Numbered from the stretch's first letter, positions 1 through 9,842 are shown. The stretch: DNA of 64,000 nucleotides from Nitrospirota bacterium (GCA_016178585.1 JACOTA010000011.1:20341-84340); one strand, 5' to 3'. Notes: a model not told the origin generated them from the letters alone. Made by a program: numbers and translations.

Positions 1-741
1 TAGCGCCTCCTCGAAATGGAGGTGAGGAAGAATTCCGGGAATACGTTTGGCCAGCATCGTTTTTCCTGACCCGGGGGGCCCGACCATTAAAACATTATGA
101 GACCCGGCCGCTGAAATTTCCAAAGCCCGTTTGGCAGATTCCTGACCTTTGACATCGATAAAGTCGTCAACCTCATGCTCCTGGTTTAAAAATAAGGAAA
201 GGGGGTCAATTTGAAGGGGCGTTATTTTTTGATTCCCAAGAAGAAATTCTACCACTTCCGGAATGGTGTGAACGCCGAAAACATCAATACCGGAAACAAC
301 TGCGGCTTCTCTGGCGTTATCAATGGGAAGAATCAACCCTTTGAATTTCGCCTCTCTCGCCAGAAGGGCAATGGATAAAGCGCCTCGAATGGGCTTAATA
401 TTTCCGTCCAGAGAAACCTCGCCGACAATCAGATAATCTTTAATGACCTGAAGAGGAATCAGGCTGTCACTGGTCAGAATTCCAATGGCAATCGGCAGAT
501 CAAAAGCCGACCCTTCTTTTTTAAGGTCTGCCGGGGCCAGATTAATCGTGATTTTCTTGACGGGAAAATTAAACCCGGTATTTTTTAGCGCGGCACGGAC
601 GCGGTCTTTACTTTCTTTTACGGCGGCATCGGGCAAACCGACAATTGAAAAATTGGGGAGACCTTGGGAAAGATCGACCTCCACCTCAACGAGAAAGGCT
701 TCCAGGCCGAATACTGCGCTGCTTAAGACCTTAGAAATCAC
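1..741 (-). CDS. comM: YifB/ComM family Mg-chelatase-like AAA+ ATPase (N-terminal part; 3' end lies beyond window start)
   Basis: The reverse-strand translation reads [48 protein letters not shown]...[23 protein letters not shown]. It has a Walker A GPPGSGKT and a ComM-type N-terminal domain. The GTG start is at 739-741 (reverse complement). Confidence 0.85.
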   Translation of the reverse strand, partial: MISKVLSSAVFGLEAFLVEVEVDLSQGLPNFSIVGLPDAAVKESKDRVRAALKNTGFNFPVKKITINLAPADLKKEGSAFDLPIAIGILTSDSLIPLQVIKDYLIVGEVSLDGNIKPIRGALSIALLAREAKFKGLILPIDNAREAAVVSGIDVFGVHTIPEVVEFLLGNQKITPLQIDPLSLFLNQEHEVDDFIDVKGQESAKRALEISAAGSHNVLMVGPPGSGKTMLAKRIPGILPHLHFEEAL

Positions 742-810
742 GGGAGAGTCCTGTATAAAATTAAATTAAAAAGTACTATATGCCAGCGTGGCATGAAAGT
801 CAATTTGGGA

Positions 811-1974
811 TTAAGTGGATCGGAGGGCCTGAACAATATTCCTTCGGGCTGCCTGAACGGCCGGGAGCACGCCTCCCGCAAACCCCATCATAAGGGTAAA
901 AAGGAAAGAAGCCAAAAAAATTGAGGGTGACAGGGAGAAAGAAAAAGCGATTTCAGAAAAGGTGGCAAAATTTGTTGTCGATACGGTGAGGGTTTGAAGG
1001 AAAGAAGCAAAAAAGAGCCCGGCTCCGCCTCCCACCAGGGAAAGAAAAAGAGATTCCATTAAAAATGCGGTGAGAATATGTCGTCGTCGAAAACCCAGCG
1101 CGCGCAAAGTTCCGATTTCAACGGTCCGGTTTGAGACTGAAGCATACATGGTAATCATCGCGCCGATGGTTGCGCCGAGACTGAAGATAACCGTTACGAA
1201 AATCCCGAGAATTCGGATAAACATCGCCAGAACTTTTGACTGCTTGGTGTAATATTCCTTCTCCCGTTCTGCCGTAACGGTCAGTCTGGGGTCGGCTTCG
1301 AGCCGGGTCTTGAGCGATGAAAAATCGTTTGGATTTTTGAGCTGGAGCGTGACAGAGGAGAAAATCGTCCGTTTGAAAGCCTGCATCAACTGTTCCGCAT
1401 CGATCCAAATTTCCGATTCAAAGGCCGCCCCGCCGGATTCAAACAGACCGACAACGGTCCAGTCTCTCATGGCAACATGAATGCTTTCTCCGAGACCAAT
1501 CCCTTGAAATCGTTTGGCTACAGAAGTCCCGACGATGATTTCCGATGAGCCTGGTTGCCAGAACCTCCCTTTTATCAATTTAACCTGGGACCGGAGGGGA
1601 ATGGATTCCGGCAAAACTCCCCTCAGCTCAACGTTAGAAGGCCTGTTGGTGGCCCTTTTTGGGAGATTAATCAAAACGAGAACCTCTCCGGTCACCAAAG
1701 CCTTGCCGTCGGGCCCGGTCGAGATTTCGGGCTGGCTTTTCAGAATATTGACCTGATCGCGGGTAATCATACTCTGGACCTCGGAGTCCGAGCCTTTCCG
1801 GAGAATAATGGCATTCTGATCGGATCCCGTCGAAACCAGGGTCTTTTCCAGGCCGTTAGCCAGCATTAAAACCGCCGAAAAAACGAACACCACCAGGGCC
1901 ATGCCGCCCGCTGTTAAAAGGGTGGTCATCCGGCGGATCCAGAGGTTTCTAAAACTATAACTCAAGGGGATCAT
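811..1974 (-). CDS. ABC transporter permease, FtsX/MacB-LolC family
   Basis: 387 aa with an N-terminal TM, a large periplasmic domain and a C-terminal FtsX-like 3-TM bundle (…LAMFIRILGIFVTVIFSLGATIGAMITMYASVSNRTVEIGTLRALGF…). It is the last gene of an efflux operon on the minus strand. Confidence 0.85.
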   Translation of the reverse strand: MIPLSYSFRNLWIRRMTTLLTAGGMALVVFVFSAVLMLANGLEKTLVSTGSDQNAIILRKGSDSEVQSMITRDQVNILKSQPEISTGPDGKALVTGEVLVLINLPKRATNRPSNVELRGVLPESIPLRSQVKLIKGRFWQPGSSEIIVGTSVAKRFQGIGLGESIHVAMRDWTVVGLFESGGAAFESEIWIDAEQLMQAFKRTIFSSVTLQLKNPNDFSSLKTRLEADPRLTVTAEREKEYYTKQSKVLAMFIRILGIFVTVIFSLGATIGAMITMYASVSNRTVEIGTLRALGFRRRHILTAFLMESLFLSLVGGGAGLFFASFLQTLTVSTTNFATFSEIAFSFSLSPSIFLASFLFTLMMGFAGGVLPAVQAARRNIVQALRST

Positions 1975-1980
1975 ATTTCC

Positions 1981-3138
1981 TTATCCGATCCTCCGTAGTC
2001 CGTCAGCAATTTTCAAGGTAATAGCCCGCCAAATCGGAAAGATGGCGGCGCCAAAGGCGACGCCGACTGCCGTCAACAGGCAGGCCAAATAGGTTGCCGT
2101 TTCAACCCTCAGAAGCGGAAAGAAATTTTCAAGTTTTTTCGCAAACACCGCAACGGCTGGCGCAGTCACGGCGATTCCCAATCCTCCTCCGAGGAGGGCG
2201 ATTAAAAGGGATTCCCCTGCAATGAGGGTCATAAGGTGGCGTGGCCTGAACCCCATGGCCTTTAAAACGGAAAATTCCTTTAATCGTTCACGAACGGTCA
2301 TCGCCATGGTATTACTTAAGACCACTAAAATGACCCCGATGATTAAAAAAGAGACAATTTTCAAGGCAATGAGAATCGATTCAGTCATGGAGACAAATCC
2401 CATCTGAAACGCTTTTTCCGATTCGGTCAAAGTCGCGGCAAGGGAATTCTTAAAACGCTGGTCAATGGCCTGGCTGACCGGTCCCGCCAATTCAGGGTTG
2501 GAAACCCGAAGGACATACCAGCCGACATGACCGGCCATGGGAGAATCGTTCTGCCGTTCCCGTTCTTCAACATATTGCCAGTGAAAGAAAAATTGCGTCT
2601 CATCCGTGGTCGGTTCGGCGCCCTTGTAGATTCCTCTGATGACAAAATCCCAGTCGCTTGGAAAAAAGGTCCCCCGCAAACGGACGGTATCGCCGATTTT
2701 CCATCCGTAACGGGTTGCCAGTTTAACCCCTACGATTGCCGCGTTCCGTTCACGCAAAAAGGCCTGCATCTGTTCGGGCGGGACTTTGAATTCCGGATAG
2801 AGATCAAAATAGGTTGGGGCGTCTATCGCAAATTGGGGAAAGAAGTTTTTTTCGTCAATGTAGACGCCGCCAAACCAGTCGCCGTAAGAAACACCGGTGA
2901 CGCCTGGAATCCCCTGAAGAACACCTTTATAGGCAAGGGGAAGCGGAAACGCAAGGGAAATGGCGTTCCGGGTTATCAGTCGGTTCTGGGAAGAGGCCTC
3001 GACGCCTCCATACCAGCCTGAAATGACGGTTCGGAGAAAACTAAAGCCGAGAATAGCGATGGCAATTCCGGCGATGGTTAAAAACGCCCTGAGCTTTTGC
3101 CGGAAGGTGTTCTTTAAAATAAGTCTAAATAACGCCAT
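1981..3138 (-). CDS. ABC transporter permease, FtsX/MacB-LolC family (second copy)
   Basis: 385 aa with the same architecture as its neighbour (…FSVLKAMGFRPRHLMTLIAGESLLIALLGGGLG…). Confidence 0.85.
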   Translation of the reverse strand: MALFRLILKNTFRQKLRAFLTIAGIAIAILGFSFLRTVISGWYGGVEASSQNRLITRNAISLAFPLPLAYKGVLQGIPGVTGVSYGDWFGGVYIDEKNFFPQFAIDAPTYFDLYPEFKVPPEQMQAFLRERNAAIVGVKLATRYGWKIGDTVRLRGTFFPSDWDFVIRGIYKGAEPTTDETQFFFHWQYVEERERQNDSPMAGHVGWYVLRVSNPELAGPVSQAIDQRFKNSLAATLTESEKAFQMGFVSMTESILIALKIVSFLIIGVILVVLSNTMAMTVRERLKEFSVLKAMGFRPRHLMTLIAGESLLIALLGGGLGIAVTAPAVAVFAKKLENFFPLLRVETATYLACLLTAVGVAFGAAIFPIWRAITLKIADGLRRIG

Positions 3139-3167
3139 CTAAAACCCTCTTTAACGCCCATTCGGCA

Positions 3168-3848
3168 TTAAACAAGCTCTCCCTTGTCCAACCGTCGGAT
3201 CTGATGCGCATGTTCCGCCGCACGGGGATCGTGTGTCACCATCAGGATGGTTTTTGAAAATTCTTTATTTAACCGGGAGAGGAGATTGAGAATTTCCTCG
3301 GCTGAAACCTTGTCCAGGTCCCCCGTAGGTTCGTCGGCAACTAAAAGGGTGGGATCGGTCACAACGGCCCGCGCAATCGCCACCCTCTGTTCCTGTCCTC
3401 CGGAAAGCTGTTTGGGCGTATGATGCATCCGGTCAGCCAGCCCGACAATTTGTAAAACAGCTTCGGCATGCTCCCTCCGCTCTTTTTTGGATAAAGGGGT
3501 CAGAAAAAGCGGCAATTCGACGTTTTCCAGGGCCGTTAAAACGGGGATCAGGTTATAGAATTGGAAAACAAATCCGATGTGTCTGGCTCGCCATCGGGCC
3601 AGGTCAGATTCTCCAAGCCGATTAATTTCGGTACCGGCCACCCGAATGTATCCTTTCGTCGGGTAATCAATTCCCGCGATCAGGTTGAGCAAAGTCGTTT
3701 TCCCCGAACCTGAAGGACCCATGAGGGCCAAAAACTCCCCTTTTGGAACCGTAAAAGAAATATCTTGAAGGACAGGAATCTCAATGCTATTCCGGTGGTA
3801 ACTCTTAAAAACATTTTGAATCTCAATAAGAGGCGTTTCGTTGTTCAT
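3168..3848 (-). CDS. ABC transporter ATP-binding protein (MacB/LolD-like)
   Basis: Walker [13 protein letters not shown], signature [14 protein letters not shown] and Walker [13 protein letters not shown]. Confidence 0.9.
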   Translation of the reverse strand: MNNETPLIEIQNVFKSYHRNSIEIPVLQDISFTVPKGEFLALMGPSGSGKTTLLNLIAGIDYPTKGYIRVAGTEINRLGESDLARWRARHIGFVFQFYNLIPVLTALENVELPLFLTPLSKKERREHAEAVLQIVGLADRMHHTPKQLSGGQEQRVAIARAVVTDPTLLVADEPTGDLDKVSAEEILNLLSRLNKEFSKTILMVTHDPRAAEHAHQIRRLDKGELV

Positions 3849-3855
3849 TGTTTTT

Positions 3856-4965
3856 CTATTCCTTTGATTGGATCATGATTTTTGAGCCGGACGACAATTT
3901 TCCGGAAGGATTAACCACCACGAGATCCCCGGGTTGAAGCCCCCTGGTTATTTCAACCCGTCCTCCTACCGGAGAGCCCGTCTCAACCGGTGTTTCAATG
4001 ACTTTTTTATTTCGGATTAAAAAGACCACTTTTCGGTCATTTTTCGTGACCAGGGCCGCCGGTTCGACCGCAATGACCTGCCTGTCGGATCCGCTGCTTT
4101 TAACAGGGGTCAAAAACGAAACTTTCGCGCTCATTTCCGGAAGAATCTTGTCGTCTTGATTTAAAATTGCGATTTTTGTTAAAACGGTTGCTTTGGCTCT
4201 ATCCGCGGTCGGAACGATTGTCTTGACTTTTCCTTTATACTGGAGCGAGGGATAGGCGTCCAGGACAATTTCACAAAGCTGTCCGGGGAAGACCTTTTCA
4301 ATGTTGGATTCTGAGACATCCGCATCGACCTCAAGTGAAGAGAGGTCGGCTATCGTCAGGACGGCGGATTTCGCCGAAACCGAAGAAGCAAAAGGCGCCA
4401 CCACCTCACCGACCTCAGCATTTTTTGCCAGGACCGTTCCATCAAAAGGGGCGCGGATAAAAGTATTTTCAACGTCGATTTCACCGGAACGAATAACGGC
4501 CTCCGCCATTCGAATTCCAGCTTCTGCGGAATTAAGGGATGCCTGAGCCCGAAGGTATCGGGCCTCAAAACCATCGAATTCCGATTTTGAAATGAGCCCC
4601 CCCTGAAGGAGGCTTTTTCCCCTTTGGAACGAAAGAGAAGCATCATTTATTTCCGCTTCTGCCTGTTTACGAGCGGATTGAGCCACCCCTAAACTGGCAC
4701 GTGCTTTGGAAAGTTCGGCCATGACGTCCGCATTTTCCAGTTGGGCCAGGACTTCTCCCTTCTTAACCCGATCGCCTTCTTTAACTTTTAAAGAGATTAA
4801 ACGGCCTGTTCCTTTGGAGGCGATGGCCGCTTTTCGTATGGCAATGACATATCCGCTGGCGTTTAAGACCGAAGAGGCCTGGAACGAAGCCATTGAAACG
4901 ACCGTAGCGACTTGAACTTGTTGAACCGGCTCCTTGAAAAGAAAAAAAGCGCCAATCACCAGCAA
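3856..4965 (-). CDS. efflux transporter periplasmic adaptor subunit (HlyD/MFP family)
   Basis: 369 aa with an N-terminal TM, coiled-coil-rich middle (…ARKQAEAEINDASLSFQRGKSLLQGGLISKSEFDGFEARYLRAQASLNSAEAGIRMAEA…) and a beta-barrel C-terminus. It lies upstream of the ABC ATPase and two permeases in the same operon. Confidence 0.85.
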   Translation of the reverse strand: MLVIGAFFLFKEPVQQVQVATVVSMASFQASSVLNASGYVIAIRKAAIASKGTGRLISLKVKEGDRVKKGEVLAQLENADVMAELSKARASLGVAQSARKQAEAEINDASLSFQRGKSLLQGGLISKSEFDGFEARYLRAQASLNSAEAGIRMAEAVIRSGEIDVENTFIRAPFDGTVLAKNAEVGEVVAPFASSVSAKSAVLTIADLSSLEVDADVSESNIEKVFPGQLCEIVLDAYPSLQYKGKVKTIVPTADRAKATVLTKIAILNQDDKILPEMSAKVSFLTPVKSSGSDRQVIAVEPAALVTKNDRKVVFLIRNKKVIETPVETGSPVGGRVEITRGLQPGDLVVVNPSGKLSSGSKIMIQSKE

Positions 4966-5125
4966 AATGAGAAGGACGATTCCCGAGAGAATCGCTGATT
5001 TTTTCCGGCTTTTGGGTTGGGAAAAAATTTCGGAGCCAGGGTTATCCCGGTTAATTTTTAAACGGTTGAGGTCGTGTTGTTCTGCGGTAATTTCAACCCC
5101 TCTTGCGGCGCAATCCAGGTTTAGA

Positions 5126-5500
5126 TCATTTTTTGGGTTTGTAAAGCCGATCTTCAGGAGCTGAAGACCAAATTAAGAAATGTGCAAGGGCATTGACAAT
5201 AGAAACAATCAATGCGCCCATGAAAGCCGACCAATAGTCGGCGATAGCCATTCCTTTAACCACGTTTCCGATGAAGTAAAAAATAAAACCGTTTATGAAA
5301 AAAGTAAAAAGTCCCAGGGTTAAAATATTCAAAGGAAGCGTCAGGAAAATAATAACAGGGCGAATAAAAACATTGATGATGCCTAAAACTCCGGCGGCGA
5401 CCAGTGCCGTGGACAGGTTTTCAATATAAATGCCGCGGACCAGATAACCCGCAAAAAGAATGCCGACGGATATGATGAGCCATCTTACAAATAACCTCAA
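5126..5500 (-). CDS. phage-holin-4_2 / DUF360 family small membrane protein
   Basis: 124 aa with four predicted TM helices (…GVLGIINVFIRPVIIFLTLPLNILTLGLFTFFINGFIFYF…) in the pattern typical of YvlD/DUF360 proteins. Confidence 0.6.
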   Translation of the reverse strand: MRLFVRWLIISVGILFAGYLVRGIYIENLSTALVAAGVLGIINVFIRPVIIFLTLPLNILTLGLFTFFINGFIFYFIGNVVKGMAIADYWSAFMGALIVSIVNALAHFLIWSSAPEDRLYKPKK

Positions 5501-5535
5501 AAAACCCCCTTAAACCGCGGACCCAAAAATCAACC

Positions 5536-5564
5536 TTGACTCGCTGTTGATTTCTCCTCATAAT
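5536..5564 (+). promoter_or_regulatory. sigma70-type promoter candidate for nfo (TTGACT-17 nt-CATAAT)
   Basis: TTGACT at 5536-5541, a 17-nt spacer and CATAAT at 5559-5564, about 40 nt upstream of the nfo ATG. Confidence 0.45.
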
Positions 5565-5606
5565 AATTTTTGCTGAATTAACCTTCTTTTTGTAAAGGTA
5601 TACTCT

Positions 5607-6473
5607 ATGCTATTGGGCGCTCACATGTCAATCAGCGGAGGCCTTCATCTGGCCATTGAACGGGGACAGCAGGTGCAATGCGAAGCTCTGCAGATTTTCA
5701 GCAAAAACTCCAATCAATGGAAATCCAGGCCGCTCCACGAAAAAGAAATCAGCCAATTTAAAGAATATCGCGAACAATGGGGGCGCTTTACCATTCTTGT
5801 CCATGATTCTTATTTAATTAATTTGGGAAGCCCTAAAGAACCCGACCGGAAGAAATCAATGGATGCGTTTTTGGATGAAATGGAGCGTTGCGAAATGCTC
5901 GATCTCCCCTATCTGGTCTTTCACCCCGGTGCCCATCTGGGAGTGGGCGAAGAAGAAGGGTGCCGTCTGGTTGCCGACAGTTTAAACCAGGTTTTTGAAA
6001 AGTCCTCCGGATTTCGCGTCAAAGTATTGATGGAAACGACCGCAGGCCAGGGAACCAATGTCGGGTACAAGTTTGAGCATCTGCGTCACATTATCGATCA
6101 GCTGAAATCCCCGGCCCGGGTTGGGGTATGTGTCGACACCTGTCATATTTTTGCCGCCGGCTATGACATTCGGACGCGGGAGGGATATGACCGGACCTTT
6201 GAGACCTTTGACCGCGTCGTTGGGACCGGTTTAATTCAAGCTTTTCATCTGAATGATTCGAAGAAAGAGTTTCTTTCACGGGTTGACCGGCATGAACATA
6301 TCGGTAAAGGCTTTATTGGATTAGAGGCTTTTCGATTTTTAATGAACGACCGCCGGTTTGAATCCACTCCCATGGTTTTGGAAACTCCCAAAGAGGAGGC
6401 CTTAAAACAAGATGCGGAAAACCTGGCTGTATTGCGGCAATTGATCCAGGTTTTGAAAACGACAGGGCCGTAA
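5607..6473 (+). CDS. nfo: deoxyribonuclease IV (endonuclease IV, AP endonuclease family 2)
   Basis: 288 aa (MLLGAHMSISGGL…HPGAHLG…FEHL…VGVCVDTCHIFAAGYD…HLNDSK…SRVDRHEHIGKG) with the characteristic metal-ligand His/Asp/Glu pattern of Nfo. Confidence 0.92.
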   Translation: MLLGAHMSISGGLHLAIERGQQVQCEALQIFSKNSNQWKSRPLHEKEISQFKEYREQWGRFTILVHDSYLINLGSPKEPDRKKSMDAFLDEMERCEMLDLPYLVFHPGAHLGVGEEEGCRLVADSLNQVFEKSSGFRVKVLMETTAGQGTNVGYKFEHLRHIIDQLKSPARVGVCVDTCHIFAAGYDIRTREGYDRTFETFDRVVGTGLIQAFHLNDSKKEFLSRVDRHEHIGKGFIGLEAFRFLMNDRRFESTPMVLETPKEEALKQDAENLAVLRQLIQVLKTTGP

Positions 6474-6604
6474 TAAAATAGAGCGAGGAACAGGCTTTGC
6501 CTGTGCGAGAGAGGGGTTCGGGGGCATCTGCCGAAAAAGAGTTATCGGTACTGCGGAAACGTGCCGAGAGCAAGCTTTATGGCACAGGCCCCTGAGTATA
6601 ATAG

Positions 6605-7861
6605 ATGAGTAAAAAGCTGACATGGGCCCTTGCCGGATTGCTTTCAATCGGACTGCTGACCTGGAGTTATTTTAAATGGGTCTATTCACCGATCATTTTT
6701 AAAATTTCTGCTCCGTTTGATAAACCCATTCCGCATCAAGTCGTTCCGGCCGGTATTTCCGGGATAAAAGCGAGCGATTGCGGGACCTGCCATACTGAAA
6801 TCTATCAGGAGTGGCAGGCGTCTATCCATGGAAATGCCTGGAAAGATCCCTTCTTTCAGGCGTACTGGAAAAAAGACAAACAGATCTGGATTTGCCTGAA
6901 TTGCCATACCCCGGTGGAAAACCAACAGGAATTTCTGATCCGCGGATTCCAAAACGAAGATATTGAAAAACCGGTTAAAGTTAAAAATTCCAACTTTGAT
7001 CCTGCTTTTCAGGAGGAGGGAATTTCATGCGCCGCCTGCCATGTGCGGAACGGCGTGGTTTATGGTCCCTTTAAAGACATGCAGGCGCCTCATCCAACGG
7101 AGGTTGATCCTAAATTCCGGACCGCCCAGATCTGCCTTAATTGTCATCATGTCCCGAAAGAAAAATTTATGTTTTACCGGGGGAATCCGTGTAATACGCA
7201 GGTCGAATGGGAGGACGGTCCATATGCTAAAAAAGGAATGATCTGTCAGGACTGTCACATGCCAAAAATCGAAAGGCCTTTAGTGACCGGGGGGCCTGTG
7301 AGAGAGGTCCGTCGGCATTTATGGTGGGGCGGCCACCAGCCAGCAATGCTTCACCGGGCGCTTCAGGTTGACCTTAAGGCGTCTCAGGCCGAATACCGGC
7401 CGGGGGAGACAGCCCTTTACATTTTAACTTTAAATAATGGCGGGGCAGGACATAAGCTCCCAACCGGTGATCCTGACCGCTATTTTACAATAGAATTTAA
7501 CGTTATGAATTCAGCAGGAAAAGTTATCCAGCACACATCAAAAACCATCGGCCGCTGGCTGATCTGGAAGCCGGTTATTTTTGAATATTATGACAACCGC
7601 TTAAACCCGCTCGAAAAAAGAGATTTCTTTTTTTCTTATCCTGTCCCTTCCGGAGGGGAAAAATTAAACCTTGAAGCTAAAGTGACCTATCACATTATGG
7701 CCCCAAAAGCGCATCAAAGGCTGGTCAAAAAATATGGCCTTTCACCCGCTGATCCCACTCCGATTGAAACCGTGCTTTTCGATGAATCCTTTTCGCTTGA
7801 AAAAGGGGCGCAGGCGGGGGTGGTTCAGGCAGGAAAAATTCACCCCGCATGCAGTTCATGA
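6605..7861 (+). CDS. pentaheme c-type cytochrome (multiheme cytochrome c family)
   Basis: 418 aa with an N-terminal TM/signal anchor and five CxxCH motifs (CGTCH, CLNCH, CAACH, CLNCH, CQDCH). Confidence 0.8.
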   Translation: MSKKLTWALAGLLSIGLLTWSYFKWVYSPIIFKISAPFDKPIPHQVVPAGISGIKASDCGTCHTEIYQEWQASIHGNAWKDPFFQAYWKKDKQIWICLNCHTPVENQQEFLIRGFQNEDIEKPVKVKNSNFDPAFQEEGISCAACHVRNGVVYGPFKDMQAPHPTEVDPKFRTAQICLNCHHVPKEKFMFYRGNPCNTQVEWEDGPYAKKGMICQDCHMPKIERPLVTGGPVREVRRHLWWGGHQPAMLHRALQVDLKASQAEYRPGETALYILTLNNGGAGHKLPTGDPDRYFTIEFNVMNSAGKVIQHTSKTIGRWLIWKPVIFEYYDNRLNPLEKRDFFFSYPVPSGGEKLNLEAKVTYHIMAPKAHQRLVKKYGLSPADPTPIETVLFDESFSLEKGAQAGVVQAGKIHPACSS

Positions 7862-7877
7862 CAGATTAACGATTATT

Positions 7878-8870
7878 TTATCGGTTGGAATTCATGTCTT
7901 TGTTGAAACTGAGGTCTTTGAGGACTGATTCTTCGCCCTGGATTATTTTTGAAAACTTAAACTGATCCTGAATGATCTGGGCGATCTCGCTTTCAAATTT
8001 CTTATCCCCTAAACCGCTTGAAAGAATTTCGCATTTCGCCACATGCCCGTCCGCGGCAATAATGATATTAACCTTCATCTTCCCTTTGAAATCTGGCCGG
8101 GTTTGAATGATTTTGTCATAAGTGGCTTTTAGGCGGCCTATGTAAGCATTAAAAGCCCGTTCAACGTCTTCAGGGGTTCTGGTGCTGCCGACCGGTCCGT
8201 TTCCGCCGCTTCCGTTTCCACCGCCCCCCCCGGAAAGGAGCTTGGTCTGATGTTCTCCGAGAGTGGCCTTTTTCCCTGTTTCCCCGCCCGGAATCCCTTT
8301 TAGAATTTGATCGATTCCTTGAAAATCGTTTGCGGAGATGCCGTCTGGATTTTCCTTCTTAACGAGAGCGGGGGCGCCTTTATTTGTAGTGATGACATTG
8401 GCCCCTTTGTTTCGAAGCACCTCTTCCGTTGTGTTTCCAAATACCGAGGCAAATTTATTTCTTGCGATCTCCTTGTTTTTTTCTAATTCCCTCGCCTGCT
8501 GGAGAGCCAACTGCGCCTGCCTCTTCCTTTCGATTTCTTCAGGCGATTCGGGAGGGGGCTGAGGTTTTTCTTTTGGTTGGATCATCGGCGGGGAGGATGG
8601 TTTTTTAGTTTTTTTAGGAACAATCGGGACAGGGAGAATCTTTTTAATTTCCGGCCGAACGGGAAGTGGTACGGGTTTTGCGGGAGGCGGAGGAATGGCC
8701 ATGATGATTTTCCGGGGAGTGGAATATTTGGGTGAGGCAGGGCGGAGATTTTCAATGGGAATTTCGTAAATAATAAAAACCAGTAGGGCGTAGAATAAAA
8801 AGGACCCGATCAGAAAAAGGTGAAACTCCCGCTCCCCCGCAGAGTAAGAGACGCTTTGGCGGGAATTCAA
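7878..8870 (-). CDS. tonB: energy transducer TonB
   Basis: 330 aa with an N-terminal TM anchor, a long Pro/Lys-rich spacer (PPPPAKPVPLPVRPEIKKILPVPIVPKKTKKPSSPP…) and a TonB-like C-terminal domain. It is the last gene of the exbB-exbD-exbD cluster. Confidence 0.8.
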   Translation of the reverse strand: MNSRQSVSYSAGEREFHLFLIGSFLFYALLVFIIYEIPIENLRPASPKYSTPRKIIMAIPPPPAKPVPLPVRPEIKKILPVPIVPKKTKKPSSPPMIQPKEKPQPPPESPEEIERKRQAQLALQQARELEKNKEIARNKFASVFGNTTEEVLRNKGANVITTNKGAPALVKKENPDGISANDFQGIDQILKGIPGGETGKKATLGEHQTKLLSGGGGGNGSGGNGPVGSTRTPEDVERAFNAYIGRLKATYDKIIQTRPDFKGKMKVNIIIAADGHVAKCEILSSGLGDKKFESEIAQIIQDQFKFSKIIQGEESVLKDLSFNKDMNSNR

Positions 8871-9328
8871 CCTCCCCCTCCTTTTTGGAATACAGCCAGG
8901 GAAATGTCGCTGAGGCCGTTTTGGGCACAGGTATAAATAACCTTTTTCAGCAGGTAATAAGGCGTTTTTTTATCTCCCAAAATCGTCACTTTTTTTTCTT
9001 TGGGAGGATTGGGGATTTTTTGAAGGAAGGAACTCAAGGCCTCGTTAAACTTTGGAATATCAGCAGTTTCTGGCGACAGAAAAGTCGAATCTTCAATCTT
9101 TGAATTTTCAAGAAAAAGGGCCTTTTCGGTTACTGTGACAACGATGGTCATTTCGGAGATCGTGCTGGCAGTCGAAACGGGGAGGTTGACCGGAACCGGT
9201 GCGGTTAAGTTACCTTCCGTCGCGTAGCTTTTTAATAAAAAGACGAGGAGGACGGTAAACACATCCACCATCGCCGTCAGATTTAAACGGGGGGGTTCCA
9301 GATGGCGCCGGGTTTTATTTCGTATCAT
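8867..9328 (-). CDS. exbD: biopolymer transporter ExbD/TolR
   Basis: 153 aa (…LNLTAMVDVFTVLLVFLL…) with a single TM plus periplasmic domain. It overlaps neighbouring genes by 4 nt. Confidence 0.8.
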   Translation of the reverse strand: MIRNKTRRHLEPPRLNLTAMVDVFTVLLVFLLKSYATEGNLTAPVPVNLPVSTASTISEMTIVVTVTEKALFLENSKIEDSTFLSPETADIPKFNEALSSFLQKIPNPPKEKKVTILGDKKTPYYLLKKVIYTCAQNGLSDISLAVFQKGGGG

Positions 9329-9345
9329 GACAAAACCTCATGCCG

Positions 9346-9825
9346 TTAATTCTCGGCGGGGAGATCGTCTCCCAGGGAAATATTAGAAAATTGAGCTTCG
9401 CGGCATTGGTCCATGGCCTGGATGATGACTTCATACGGGATCCGGGACGAGCTTGATAAAGTAATATTTTCTTCTTTTGGATTTCGTTCTTTTAACTCCC
9501 GCAAAGCGGACGCCAGGACGTCGTAATCGTATCGGTTGGTTTGATTTGGAATAACCCTTTCCCAGGAAAGGCCCTGGCTTAACGTAAAACTGTTGGTTTT
9601 AATTATCAGGCGAATCGGTTCCTTCGGGGGAATTTCCGGCACCTTATTGGCGGGAGCCGCAAGAGAGGGCGAAGGAATCATCAAATTTAAAATGGAAGTT
9701 TGCGAAAAAGTCGCGGACAGGAGGAGAAACGGAATTAGAATCAGCATCAAATTCCAGAGGGCCACGATATGAATGGCCTCATCGGTTTGCATTCTTCTTT
9801 TTTTTCTTTTTTCACGGTCAATCAT
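9346..9825 (-). CDS. exbD: biopolymer transporter ExbD/TolR (second paralog)
   Basis: 159 aa (…EAIHIVALWNLMLILIPFLLL…) with ExbD topology. Confidence 0.75.
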   Translation of the reverse strand: MIDREKRKKRRMQTDEAIHIVALWNLMLILIPFLLLSATFSQTSILNLMIPSPSLAAPANKVPEIPPKEPIRLIIKTNSFTLSQGLSWERVIPNQTNRYDYDVLASALRELKERNPKEENITLSSSSRIPYEVIIQAMDQCREAQFSNISLGDDLPAEN

Positions 9826-9842
9826 TTTAAGCCAGATTTCCT

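Noticed and set aside
4301-4915. Multiple 60-100-aa ORFs inside and antisense to the HlyD, ABC and TPR genes (e.g. 4301..4546, 4356..4646, 11026..13372 small ORFs)
   Set aside because: They are embedded in or antisense to strongly supported genes and lack start context. They reflect codon bias on the opposite strand rather than genes.
6575-6604. Sigma-54 promoter (TGGCAC at 6579-6584) upstream of the cytochrome gene
   Set aside because: The -12 element (TTGCA/GC) is absent at the correct spacing (TGGCAC-aggcc-CCTGA), and the other two motif copies lack the TGGCAC.
6510-6604. Fluoride (crcB) or other known riboswitch matching GGGGTTCGGGGGC…CCGAA
   Set aside because: The conserved fluoride-riboswitch pairing GGnGAnGG…GUUCnCC and the CUAAUGAC segment are not present. 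No convincing match was found to a riboswitch consensus I can recall.
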